IMG/VR virus record: IMGVR_UViG_3300006213_001191
Coordinates: 2,099-66,098 of that record
Strand: one strand, 5' to 3'
DNA from: a virus
Taxonomy: Duplodnaviria > Caudoviricetes
Length of the DNA: 64,000 bases
Shown here: positions 19,173 to 28,246 of the stretch, piece after piece
How the letters are laid out: each line of letters opens with the position of its first letter
How positions within the stretch are numbered: position 1 is the stretch's first letter
The notes under the pieces: model-generated
Told to the model about the DNA's origin: nothing
The model's input: only the letters and a program-made list of their open reading frames with translations
The model's database searches: none
Position numbers and translations under genes: made by a program

Positions 19173-19580
19173 GTGTCAATGCCCTATTTCGGGCTACTTT
19201 CATTTCTACTTGTAGGCTGGAAGAATGAAACAAATGAAATCGTAAATGTGTCAATGCCCTGTATCGGGCTTCTTTCAGTTCCACTAAAATGGTAATTACA
19301 TTTTGGGCAGAAAATAAGCAGTGTGTCAATGCCCTTCTTCGGACTTCTTTCATTTCTACAATTAATGAAATTGTTTCAAGCAAAATTCTTGTTGTGTGTC
19401 AATGCCCTTCATCAGGCTTCTTTCATTTCTACCTGCAGGAAGATATAAAGTGTTCTTCATTGGAGATATGTGTCAATGCCCTTCATCGAGCCTCTTTCAT
19501 TTCTACAGTATTTTAAAGTTGTCAACACTAGTACATACGAAAGGTGTCAATGCCCTGCATCGGGCTTCTTATATTTAGTA
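19173..19580 (-). CRISPR. Orphan CRISPR mini-array: 6 degenerate 37-nt repeats, 5 spacers (38, 38, 36, 37, 37 nt); no cas genes in window
   Basis: Repeats start at 19173, 19248, 19323, 19396, 19470, 19544; + strand consensus GTGTCAATGCCCTtcaTCGGGCTTCTTTCATTTCTAC; minus-strand form has a GCCC-N6-GGGC hairpin followed by 8-nt ATTGACAC. Confidence 0.93.
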
Positions 19581-19605
19581 TACTACTTTTTTGATTCTGT
19601 GAAAA
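19577..19605 (-). promoter_or_regulatory. Putative sigma70 promoter for the mini-array
   Basis: Minus strand TTTTCA-N17-TATACT; predicted start near 19570, inside the truncated first repeat. Confidence 0.65.
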
Positions 19606-19672
19606 GCTATTTCTAAAAATTTTGTTTCCCACCACCCAAAGAGGGAAGCAGGAAACATTTTTTCATTTGTGG

Positions 19673-20674
19673 CTATTTAATCAGCTTTCCACTTTTAAGC
19701 AGAGAAAGCAATCTGTTATTTTGGTCTGCACTACCTCTATAACCTGTAATCCTGTTTTTAGCTGCAATCTTTTGGCGATTTGCAAAAGAGCTTTCTATTC
19801 CCACAGCTTTCAATCCCTCTACAATACTAACACTATCACCTGTATAACGTGGATAGTAGCTTACCTGCGACTGTGGCTCCGGTTTTGGAGCTGGTGCAGA
19901 AGCCGTATATAATCCCCGAATATCCCCGTCATTCACATACAAGCCATTATCCAGCTTATATTTTGCCTGACCGCTTACAATCGCTGTGATTGTTCCATGC
20001 CCGCTGCCTCCAGTTGCGTACTGGATTCCGCATGGAAGTGTTGGCGCCGGATAAGAAGTTCCATATTCCACAGCCTGTCCAATAGAATATTTATGAACGG
20101 TCTGTGATGTTTGAGTGGCAGTAGCTACTATACTCCCTGTAATCCCTTTCACAATCGCCTGCGCGCATTTTTCTGCGTTCCAGCGGTCCGCATCATCTTT
20201 GTCGTCGACGAATGCGCACTCTATAATGATTGCCGGCGCCTTTGTATGCTTTAAGACATAATATCCCTGATTAGTTTTAAATCCCCTATTGGTAATTCCA
20301 AGGGCTGCCGCTATCTCTGCGCATATTCTTGTCCCAACATCTTTTGTGCCGTTATCATAGCCCCAGACTTCGACACCGCCTGTTCTGTCATCACCAGCAG
20401 TGTCCTCTCTTCCGGCATTAAGGTGGATAGAAACATCTAAATCTACTGTATGGGCGTTACATTTTGCCACAATAGCACTAAGATTCTCTCCTGCGGTTCT
20501 TCCGCTGTCGTCTGTACAGTCATAGACTGTGTGTCCTGCTGCTCTTAACAGTTCCACTACGCTATTCTTTACTTTTCTGTCCTCGGTCACTTCGTCTAAA
20601 ATTCCGTTTGCGCCTCTGCAAATGAGGGAGTGCCCTGCATGAATGTTGTATGTACTCATATTATTTTTCCTCAC
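19673..20674 (-). CDS. Endolysin, N-acetylmuramoyl-L-alanine amidase (Amidase_3) with C-terminal binding region
   Basis: IHAGHS, LDEVTED, DVSIHLNA, APAIIIECAFVD. Confidence 0.95.
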   Translation of the reverse strand: MRKNNMSTYNIHAGHSLICRGANGILDEVTEDRKVKNSVVELLRAAGHTVYDCTDDSGRTAGENLSAIVAKCNAHTVDLDVSIHLNAGREDTAGDDRTGGVEVWGYDNGTKDVGTRICAEIAAALGITNRGFKTNQGYYVLKHTKAPAIIIECAFVDDKDDADRWNAEKCAQAIVKGITGSIVATATQTSQTVHKYSIGQAVEYGTSYPAPTLPCGIQYATGGSGHGTITAIVSGQAKYKLDNGLYVNDGDIRGLYTASAPAPKPEPQSQVSYYPRYTGDSVSIVEGLKAVGIESSFANRQKIAAKNRITGYRGSADQNNRLLSLLKSGKLIK

Positions 20675-20939
20675 TTTCCTGTTTTACAATAAAATTTTCC
20701 CATTTCTTATATGCATCAACATATGTTTCATTTTTGTCACCATTATATGTGATTTCATAATACATGCCATCGGAAACAGTTGTGCTTACTAATGCTTTAT
20801 TATTTTGTAATGTCTTGCACGACCAGACAACAAAAACATCATCTTCTGTAATCTGCTTTTTATCTGTTTGGTCAACATTCGCATTAAAATAATTCACAAT
20901 AATTTCTTTGCAAAGTTTTAAAAATTTATCATTGTCCAT
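20661..20939 (-). CDS. Conserved phage protein (DUF6275-like)
   Basis: DDVFVVWSCKTLQNNKALVSTTVSDGMYYEITYNGDK. Confidence 0.75.
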   Translation of the reverse strand: MDNDKFLKLCKEIIVNYFNANVDQTDKKQITEDDVFVVWSCKTLQNNKALVSTTVSDGMYYEITYNGDKNETYVDAYKKWENFIVKQESEEK

Positions 20940-20941
20940 TA

Positions 20942-21166
20942 TTATTCTGCCTCGCTTTCCTTATTTTCTTTTACTTCCGGCAGACCCGCCACAGAGGTAA
21001 GCAGGCTCGCAATTCCCGCCAGTGCTGCAGTTCCGATTACTGTTACCCAGTCTACCGCTGTTATGGTGGCGGCAGCAGGCAGCAGCGCAACCGCTGTCTG
21101 TGCCATGGTTTTTCCTGCTCTGATTCCGGCTGCTTTCAGCCACTTTTTTGTTTTTTCGCTTATCAT
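20942..21166 (-). CDS. Holin (r1t-like)
   Basis: WLKAAGIRAGKTMAQTAVA..LASLLTSVAGLPEV pattern; two TMs. Confidence 0.9.
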   Translation of the reverse strand: MISEKTKKWLKAAGIRAGKTMAQTAVALLPAAATITAVDWVTVIGTAALAGIASLLTSVAGLPEVKENKESEAE

Positions 21167-21179
21167 AATTGATTCCTCC

Positions 21180-21476
21180 TTATCCTTTTATCTGTAATTC
21201 TTCTACTTCTTCCAGAAGATGTGTTACCATTCCATTTCCACCAAGCTCATGATATGCTTCATACATCTCTATAAAATTTTGCAGACCATGCTTTGTGATA
21301 TAGTTTCTTTCTGTCCATTCCTTGTGATATTCAATCAACTTTGCACGAAGCATAAGCATAGTTCCTTTACTGTTTGCATCCCTGTCTTTCTTCTGTTGTT
21401 TTAACAGCCAGACAATATAGCCCAGAGCCATTGGAAGGACAATGGAATATGTCTGCATGAAAAATTCTTTCAACAT
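21180..21476 (-). CDS. Lysis-cassette membrane protein
   Basis: N-terminal TM; YEAYHELGGNG motif. Confidence 0.75.
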   Translation of the reverse strand: MLKEFFMQTYSIVLPMALGYIVWLLKQQKKDRDANSKGTMLMLRAKLIEYHKEWTERNYITKHGLQNFIEMYEAYHELGGNGMVTHLLEEVEELQIKG

Positions 21477-21588
21477 GTTTCACCTCATTTCTATTTTTCT
21501 GCAATAAAAAAAGCCTTATGGCTTCCTTTGATTTTTATTTATTTGGTGCTCTTATGTTTTTCATATCAAATTTCCTTTTCAAAATTTT

Positions 21589-23820
21589 TTAATATCCTAT
21601 TGCGAGCCAGTTTACTTTTATTGGATAATCTGCCAATACACTATTTCCATTTGCCACTCTAATACTTACATTATTAGTTGTCTGGCTGCCTATTGCAACA
21701 GTGGAAGTACATTCTATGCTGTTGTTATAGGTATGTATTTTTGTTACAAATACATATGGTACTGCATTAAATGTAATTGGAAATGTAACAATCCCCTGCC
21801 GAACATAACCATTTGCATTTGGGGGTTCATATAATCCCCAACATATTTTAAGCCCATTGGGAAGAATAAATTTTCCTGCTGTCGTCTGTTTTAAACTGTT
21901 ATTTATGGTGTCAATATTATCCTTTAAGCTTTTTCCTGCTTTTGCGGATAAAGATATTGTACTGTCATTTGAAGTAAGGGAATCTGTAATCCCTCTCCAT
22001 GTATTTGTGTCTGTTGGTGTTGCCCAAGTCCCATCTCCACGCAAAAATGATGCCTGTTTTCCGGCAGCTGGTGCTGGAACCAGTCCTGCTTTTCCGGCAG
22101 TACTTGCTGTTGCAGCAGTCATGTTGCTGTAAGTAGTATTATTATCGCTTCCCCAAACAGCGGTTCCATCTGCACTCCATCTTAAAATTTGCCCTGAAGA
22201 ACCTCCTGAAGGGATATGCTTATTTCCTGCTGTTGTTGGATGGGTATAGTTGTTTGCATTTGTGGCTATCCCATCCAACTTTTTCTTATCCGCTGCACTT
22301 AATAAACCATTTGCAGACTGTGTAGCTGTACTGTAAGTAGTATTATTATCACTTCCCCATGCAGCAGTTCCATCTGCACTCCATCTTAATATCTGACCTG
22401 AAGAACCTCCTGACGGAATATGTTTATTTCCTGCTGTTGTTGGGTGAGCATAATTATTTGCATTTGATGCTATTCCTGCCAGTTTATTTTTCTCTGTTGT
22501 TGTATAATCGTTTGAAGAAAGTCCTTTTCCTGACTCTTTATCTACTTTATTACTTACTGTATTCCAAAGGGTCCTCTCAGCAGAGGTGATATGCTTTACA
22601 GCATCGCTTATATGGCTGTATGCTGCGTTCCAGCTATCCAGCAGTGCCTGTGTTATTTTATCCAGAACGCCTTTATTACTGTGTGTATGCTTCTTTGTAT
22701 TGGCGTCATTCCAGTTTGTCCGTTCTGCTGAGGTGATATGTATTGTGCTATCTGCTGTATGTGTATCTAATGCTGTTTTGTCTGCCTTTTTTCCAATCGC
22801 TGCGTCTAATGCTACGGAAACATCTTTATTCGCCTGTATTGCGTCTGCTACCTCTTTCAGAGTGTCTAAAGTTTCTGGTGCTCCGCCAATCAAATCAGCT
22901 ATCTTTTGGTCTGTATATCCCGTTGCCTGCCTATACGCAGAATCTGAATAATCCTTTGCATTATCAAGAGTTTCGTTCCACGTATCTTTTTCACCGTCTG
23001 TTACAAACCTATGTGTAGAATCCTGAACAATTATATTGGCAGGATGCGTATTTGGATGTACATAATTATTCGCCCCTTCTTCTATTCCTCCCAGTTTATC
23101 CTTTTCTTTTGTTGTATAATCATTAGCAGATAATCCTTTTCCTTCAATTTTATCCACTTTATCAGACACAGTATTCCATAACTTTCTTTCATCAGAAGTA
23201 ATATGAATCACCTTGTCACGAATATGCCCTATCAAATCAGACACTGCTTTTTTTAACTTTCCAAATTCCTTAAAAATATTTCTCCCACTTTCCAGTTCTG
23301 AAAGTTCTTCTGCTTCATCATACTCAGGATATAGAACTTTTTGCATATCCTCCGCCAATGCATACGCTTCCATTTCCACATTAATTACAATATTCTCCAC
23401 ATTACTTACCTTAGTATAATATTCCTGTATAATTTCAACAGGATTATCCTTTGGAGGTAAATAATCAGCCTCTTTTGCAATCGCAATAGAATATAGTACC
23501 TCTTCCACATCTCCAGCTTTTTTTGCAATAATCCCTATTTCCTTCATCCGATATCCGACGTCTAATTCCTTATTTGTAATTAACGTCTTTAACAATACTT
23601 CGTTTTCATCGGAAATTAATCTGCTGCTAAATCCCACTTCCTGCCTTTTTTGTTTTAATTCGGTTCTTATTCTCAATGCCTCTGCAGTCTTTTCCTCCTC
23701 TTCATACTCCCCACTCCCTATCACCATTTTCACAAATTCTATTTTATAACCCTCAATAATACTGTCCGCCATAAGTTTAGCCCCCGCATCTGTCATAATT
23801 GCTACTTTAAAACTTGACAT
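21589..23820 (-). CDS. Tail fibre protein
   Basis: Baseplate-attachment N-terminus, repeats KGLSxNDYT and HPTTAGNKHIPSGG, C-terminal GKFILPNGLKICWG. Confidence 0.9.
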   Translation of the reverse strand: MSSFKVAIMTDAGAKLMADSIIEGYKIEFVKMVIGSGEYEEEEKTAEALRIRTELKQKRQEVGFSSRLISDENEVLLKTLITNKELDVGYRMKEIGIIAKKAGDVEEVLYSIAIAKEADYLPPKDNPVEIIQEYYTKVSNVENIVINVEMEAYALAEDMQKVLYPEYDEAEELSELESGRNIFKEFGKLKKAVSDLIGHIRDKVIHITSDERKLWNTVSDKVDKIEGKGLSANDYTTKEKDKLGGIEEGANNYVHPNTHPANIIVQDSTHRFVTDGEKDTWNETLDNAKDYSDSAYRQATGYTDQKIADLIGGAPETLDTLKEVADAIQANKDVSVALDAAIGKKADKTALDTHTADSTIHITSAERTNWNDANTKKHTHSNKGVLDKITQALLDSWNAAYSHISDAVKHITSAERTLWNTVSNKVDKESGKGLSSNDYTTTEKNKLAGIASNANNYAHPTTAGNKHIPSGGSSGQILRWSADGTAAWGSDNNTTYSTATQSANGLLSAADKKKLDGIATNANNYTHPTTAGNKHIPSGGSSGQILRWSADGTAVWGSDNNTTYSNMTAATASTAGKAGLVPAPAAGKQASFLRGDGTWATPTDTNTWRGITDSLTSNDSTISLSAKAGKSLKDNIDTINNSLKQTTAGKFILPNGLKICWGLYEPPNANGYVRQGIVTFPITFNAVPYVFVTKIHTYNNSIECTSTVAIGSQTTNNVSIRVANGNSVLADYPIKVNWLAIGY
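22126..22466 (-). repeat. Tail fibre internal duplication (two ~135-bp copies 204 bp apart)
   Basis: NANNYxHPTTAGNKHIPSGGSSGQILRWSADGTAxWGSDNNTTYS twice. Confidence 0.9.
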
Positions 23821-24398
23821 TATGTTCCCTCCCTAATTTTAACTGCCCTGCTTCTTGAACGTAAATATCCTCCAATATAAAGAATATCCCAACATCTCCT
23901 TGTCAGTTCAATCGCTTCCATATGAGACCTTGTATTTTTTACCTTTTTAATAATTTTTCCAAACTGCATGATATTTTCTTCTGTAATCAGCGTATCTGTT
24001 TTTATTTTAAAAAAATATGGCTCACCGCCATATTCAAACCATTCCAAAACTTCACCGCTGCCAAAAACCACAGTAACTAATTCTTCAACCGCTGCCGGCG
24101 TTCCGGCCGTCATGTACCAGATTAAAGAGTTCCTCACAAGCGCTCTTTTTGTATCTATATCCATACTGTCACTATAATATTGAGTCCGAAGCTCTTTCGA
24201 CAAAAGGTCAAGAATTTTATCTGGCATAGTATCAACTTTACAATATACATAGCATAACTGTGTATATTTATATAAAAGCTGCGTACCTTCCCGAACCGCA
24301 TAACTTACCGCTTGAACTGATGGGTCTTTTGTGATATTACTTGGCAGCAAATCTGCTATTTGTCCATCATAAAAACTAATCATTTTCAAGACCTCCAT
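23820..24398 (-). CDS. Phage tail protein (P2 gpI-like)
   Basis: HYMTAGT-like motif, EWFEYGGEPYFF, VKNTRSH. Confidence 0.88.
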   Translation of the reverse strand: MEVLKMISFYDGQIADLLPSNITKDPSVQAVSYAVREGTQLLYKYTQLCYVYCKVDTMPDKILDLLSKELRTQYYSDSMDIDTKRALVRNSLIWYMTAGTPAAVEELVTVVFGSGEVLEWFEYGGEPYFFKIKTDTLITEENIMQFGKIIKKVKNTRSHMEAIELTRRCWDILYIGGYLRSRSRAVKIREGT

Positions 24399-25530
24399 AT
24401 CTTACATTTATATTTTTCAACACCGCCACTTCTATATCATCTAAAACAACAAATCTTGGTTCTGTCACCTCTATCCGTTTTACCCCTGCATTTTTTAAAA
24501 ATTTTCTAAGTTCATCTGGGTTAATATCACGACCAATTTTACTGCTCTGCCAGAGCTTATAATCCTCCAGAGCTGCTTCTGCTTGCTCCTTAATCTGTAC
24601 TGCGCTGCTACTATCGCTTGTATTAATATAATAAGTTAAATCTATATTATATTCCACGATATCCGGCGCCGCTATTATAACATTATCCGTAAGTGGTCGT
24701 TTGCTGCGCTGCCGCAAATATTCTGTCATTCCAGCAATCATAGCCGCATCTGGTATAGAACCATTATTTAAAATAAAGCGTATATCTACAACACCCGGCG
24801 CTGGACTGGTAGGTAATACATCTCCTACCCTCTGGTCATAATTTTTGGCCCAATATATATAGGCATCATCTGGTCCCGCCGTTGAATAACTGGAAGGCGC
24901 TAAAAAAACTCTTTCTGCTATACTTTGGTCGCTTTCTTTCCCTGTCCCTCCTGAACTTGTTTCTGTATTAGATACGCTTTCAATAAATCCTATTGGGTCT
25001 ACCAAAATAGTAAGTTCTCCCGCCATAAATCCATTTCCGATTTCTCCGGTTTCTGTGCATGTCATCATTACTGTTGTTTCTACTTTTCCGACTGGTATTT
25101 CATTATATTCTGTTGTTTCAAAATAAACATCATAGGCGGCTGTCACTCTGCTTCCTGCTGGAATAGAAGTTGCAGCCTCTCTTGCACCCGCAAGCCGAAA
25201 GCATACAGGAACAGTTGCTTTTTTTGGCTCATTCTCAGTTACATTTTTAAGGGCAGCTAAATTTTTCAAATAATCTCCATACGCATATTTTAAAAAATTC
25301 ATTTTGCCAGCCTTATCTATATTTTGTAGCCCCTGATAAATTACCTGTGCGCATGAAAGCAATATCAGGCGGTTTGGGTCTGCTCTGGATAAAGTAATTT
25401 TCTTTCCAGTAATTGTTTTATATTTTTCCTGAAAAGAATTAATTAAAAGAACCTGTACATCTTCTAATGTCTTATTATCAATAAAACTAATGTCTGGTAA
25501 GTTATCTATATTTTCTAAATAATCCGACAT
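24376..25530 (-). CDS. Baseplate J-like protein
   Basis: AYGDYLKNLA, STAGPDDAYIYWA. Confidence 0.92.
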   Translation of the reverse strand: MSDYLENIDNLPDISFIDNKTLEDVQVLLINSFQEKYKTITGKKITLSRADPNRLILLSCAQVIYQGLQNIDKAGKMNFLKYAYGDYLKNLAALKNVTENEPKKATVPVCFRLAGAREAATSIPAGSRVTAAYDVYFETTEYNEIPVGKVETTVMMTCTETGEIGNGFMAGELTILVDPIGFIESVSNTETSSGGTGKESDQSIAERVFLAPSSYSTAGPDDAYIYWAKNYDQRVGDVLPTSPAPGVVDIRFILNNGSIPDAAMIAGMTEYLRQRSKRPLTDNVIIAAPDIVEYNIDLTYYINTSDSSSAVQIKEQAEAALEDYKLWQSSKIGRDINPDELRKFLKNAGVKRIEVTEPRFVVLDDIEVAVLKNINVRYGGLEND

Positions 25531-25541
25531 ATTCCGCCTCC

Positions 25542-25859
25542 TTATTCTTCATAGGTTCTACTTGGCGCAATACAAACAAAAGCTTTGTTGCTTCCATCTT
25601 TTTCATACGAAAAAGAAAAATCCTTTACTTCCACCCTCGGTTCATAAAGAGAAACTTTTTCTATAATCTCTAAAGCAAGCTGATTTTGCGCCACAGGACC
25701 GGGCATACCTACAAATTCCTGATTTAAACCAAAAGAACGGTCTCCGGGACAGCTCCCTTCTGATGTGCTAAAAAGAGTTTCTATATTTCTTTTTATTTCT
25801 TCTATGATTTCTGCATTTTCATAATCAAAATTAATCAAATTCACATCCACATTTATCAT
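25542..25859 (-). CDS. Baseplate wedge GPW/gp25-like protein
   Basis: STSEGSCPGDRSFG..YEPRV. Confidence 0.85.
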   Translation of the reverse strand: MINVDVNLINFDYENAEIIEEIKRNIETLFSTSEGSCPGDRSFGLNQEFVGMPGPVAQNQLALEIIEKVSLYEPRVEVKDFSFSYEKDGSNKAFVCIAPSRTYEE

Positions 25860-25871
25860 ATATTTCCCTCT

Positions 25872-26270
25872 TTACACTGGGTACTCTTCTAAAGTAATTG
25901 TGATTGTTGCCCTTACAAGTTCCCCCTTATTAAAAATTTCATTCCATGTTTCACTTGCCGAAGTTACTACATATTTACCATTTCCCACCTTTTGTCCTCC
26001 GATTACCAGATAAGCAGGCGTCCCTGTGATAAGACTGTTTTCTATATTGGCGAGTGTTCTTCGGGGTTTAATTCCATGTCTGGCATCAAGTGTAACTGAA
26101 AATGTAACTTTATCCGTATCCGGTCCTAAAAACTGCTTTAATGGCTTTTTGCCAATTCTGGCATGTACTGCCCAGCGCGAAGATACTTCCCGTTTAAAAT
26201 CAGAAAAATTTAAAATCCTGCTATCACTTGTTTCAAAAGTAATCATACTTCCTAAATTTCCTATTTGCAT
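25872..26270 (-). CDS. P2 GpU-like tail protein
   Basis: RWAVHARIGKKPLKQFLGP..ITLEEY. Confidence 0.85.
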   Translation of the reverse strand: MQIGNLGSMITFETSDSRILNFSDFKREVSSRWAVHARIGKKPLKQFLGPDTDKVTFSVTLDARHGIKPRRTLANIENSLITGTPAYLVIGGQKVGNGKYVVTSASETWNEIFNKGELVRATITITLEEYPV

Positions 26271-26287
26271 ATTCTTACCTATATCCC

Positions 26288-26689
26288 TTAATTCATCTTA
26301 TCTATTATCTGGTTCAGCATAATATTTCCTTTTTCACTTAGAAACTGGATATTATCTGCTTTTATTACAAGATTTCTGCTTTCATCATCATATTGTATAT
26401 AAGCCATATTTTTTGTATTGCTTAATTCTTTTCGATAAACGCCTTTCCCTGATACAACTGATTTATGATTTTTATTCCAATAACCGCCCAAAACAATTCC
26501 AGCTTCATTTCCATTACTTAAATGAGCTACTAAAACATACTGTCCAATATCCGGCATTTTATATTCATCATTCAGGCTTAAATATGGCAAAGGCTTTGAT
26601 ACTGTTCCATCTCTGTCGGTATATAAGACTTTTATCATTCCATTTGCATAATCTATGCTAGAAACCTGTCCGATTCGTATTTCTCCCAT
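26288..26689 (-). CDS. Baseplate spike (GpV-like)
   Basis: IRIGQVSSID..MPDIGQYVLV..GIVLG. Confidence 0.85.
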   Translation of the reverse strand: MGEIRIGQVSSIDYANGMIKVLYTDRDGTVSKPLPYLSLNDEYKMPDIGQYVLVAHLSNGNEAGIVLGGYWNKNHKSVVSGKGVYRKELSNTKNMAYIQYDDESRNLVIKADNIQFLSEKGNIMLNQIIDKMN

Positions 26690-26699
26690 ATATACCCTC

Positions 26700-27986
26700 C
26701 TACGCTTTTGTCAGGCTTCCTTTTTCACACCATCCATATCGTGTACCGCCCTGACGTTTAGCTACTCCATATTGATACTTATATCCGTTTCCTAAAATCT
26801 GGGTAATATACATTGTCATATTTTTACATACATTATACCTACCTCCATTTCCGGCATAATACGCATTTCCGTTTACAATTACTTTATCTCCAGCCGCCAG
26901 TGTTTCAGGCTGTGCTTCTGTTTTTAAAGCTGAATATGTAGTTACTGCTTTGATTTTTGGCTGGATTTTGTGCATTTCAAGCTCCATTGTATAAGCTCCG
27001 TCGGCTTCTATATTATGGGTTACTTTATCAACAAAAAATTTTCCATTTAAGTTATAAGCTCCGCATAATTCAACGCAAACGCCAGAAACAATTTTAAGAT
27101 TGGCTCTGATAGTCGCTGTCATAGTGACAGCGCTGCGGTTTTCTTTATTTACTATTGCACAGGCTTTCAGTTGTGCGTCTGCCAGATTATCCACTTTTTC
27201 ATTTATATTAAGGTTTCTTTCCCCTGAACCTACTGTTAATGTCAGCTCTTCATCTTCATCGCCATTCGTATATTTAATCGTTGCCCCTGTATAAGTACCT
27301 GTGAGTGTTGTATTATAATTCCATGCTTCAAAATCATTTATATGGTATATTTCAACTGCCGGCTTATTTTCATAAGTGTCAATATCATATATAATGATTC
27401 TTCCATAATAAATTTTTATATATAAACCATACTCCTCACAGATTTTATTTAAAAAACTGCAATCCGTTTCCCCACTCTGCTCTGCGCTTGCTATATTAAT
27501 TATTTTGGCATCGTAATAAAGAGATAAATTATAGCGCCCTGCGATACGCTGCGCTATTTCTTTTACACTTACATTTTCCCATGTATAACTTCTCTCTGTA
27601 CATCGAAATGCCTGACCTTCCGGAACAGAAACGCCATTAATTGTACATACCAATGTAGGGCCGCTGTAACTTAAATCATCACAGCAAAATTTACCGCATG
27701 TAAAATTTTTGTCTTTTCCTGCTCCTTCCCAATTAAATACTCTGATTACAGCTTCTAATTTATCTCCTTTATTTGGCATCCATAAATTAGCCCATCGCAA
27801 ATCTTTATTACATACCTTTAGGCTTATTGCATCTGATTCACCAGTCGCTGCATCTACATAAGAAAAACTTTCTTGATAATCAGCCATAATACTAGGTGTT
27901 CTTTGAGATTGCCCCTTTGGAACATAAACTATATCTACTTGAGCTTTTCTTGGTATTTCCAGACTCATAATAATACCTCGTATCAA
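26700..27986 (-). CDS. Late control D / baseplate hub protein
   Basis: SFSYVDAATGESDAISL, EQSGETDCSFLNKICEEYG. Confidence 0.88.
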   Translation of the reverse strand: MIRGIIMSLEIPRKAQVDIVYVPKGQSQRTPSIMADYQESFSYVDAATGESDAISLKVCNKDLRWANLWMPNKGDKLEAVIRVFNWEGAGKDKNFTCGKFCCDDLSYSGPTLVCTINGVSVPEGQAFRCTERSYTWENVSVKEIAQRIAGRYNLSLYYDAKIINIASAEQSGETDCSFLNKICEEYGLYIKIYYGRIIIYDIDTYENKPAVEIYHINDFEAWNYNTTLTGTYTGATIKYTNGDEDEELTLTVGSGERNLNINEKVDNLADAQLKACAIVNKENRSAVTMTATIRANLKIVSGVCVELCGAYNLNGKFFVDKVTHNIEADGAYTMELEMHKIQPKIKAVTTYSALKTEAQPETLAAGDKVIVNGNAYYAGNGGRYNVCKNMTMYITQILGNGYKYQYGVAKRQGGTRYGWCEKGSLTKA

Positions 27987-28225
27987 TCATAAGGGTCAGT
28001 TTTACTATCAATTATATTATTTCGCCAAGGCGGTAACTCTCCATCCAGTTCTTCCGGCAATGCTGGAGTATTTAGAATGGTTCCTGATGAAAAAACAAGA
28101 ATATCAAGGCAAGCATAGTTATTTTGCATTAAATAAGAAGCATGGCGCTCTTCTCCATATACCTTCAAAGCGATGTTATCCCATGTATCGCCCTGTTTTG
28201 TCGTATAAGTTTTTCTTTCCTCCAT
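27983..28225 (-). CDS. Tail protein X (LysM-like)
   Basis: YTTKQGDTWDNIALKVYG..LPPWR. Confidence 0.9.
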   Translation of the reverse strand: MEERKTYTTKQGDTWDNIALKVYGEERHASYLMQNNYACLDILVFSSGTILNTPALPEELDGELPPWRNNIIDSKTDPYD

Positions 28226-28246
28226 AAACTGTCTCCTTAGAAATTT

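Noticed and set aside
19123-19578. ORF-track proteins overlapping the array (19123-19383, 19289-19516, 19396-19578)
   Set aside because: Translations simply echo the repeats (RALTH/RALTQ, VNAL, CQCPS); not genes
22126-22466. Tail fibre duplication as a DGR template/variable pair or shufflon
   Set aside because: Both copies are in frame with mostly synonymous differences; no adenine-specific pattern, RT or invertase nearby
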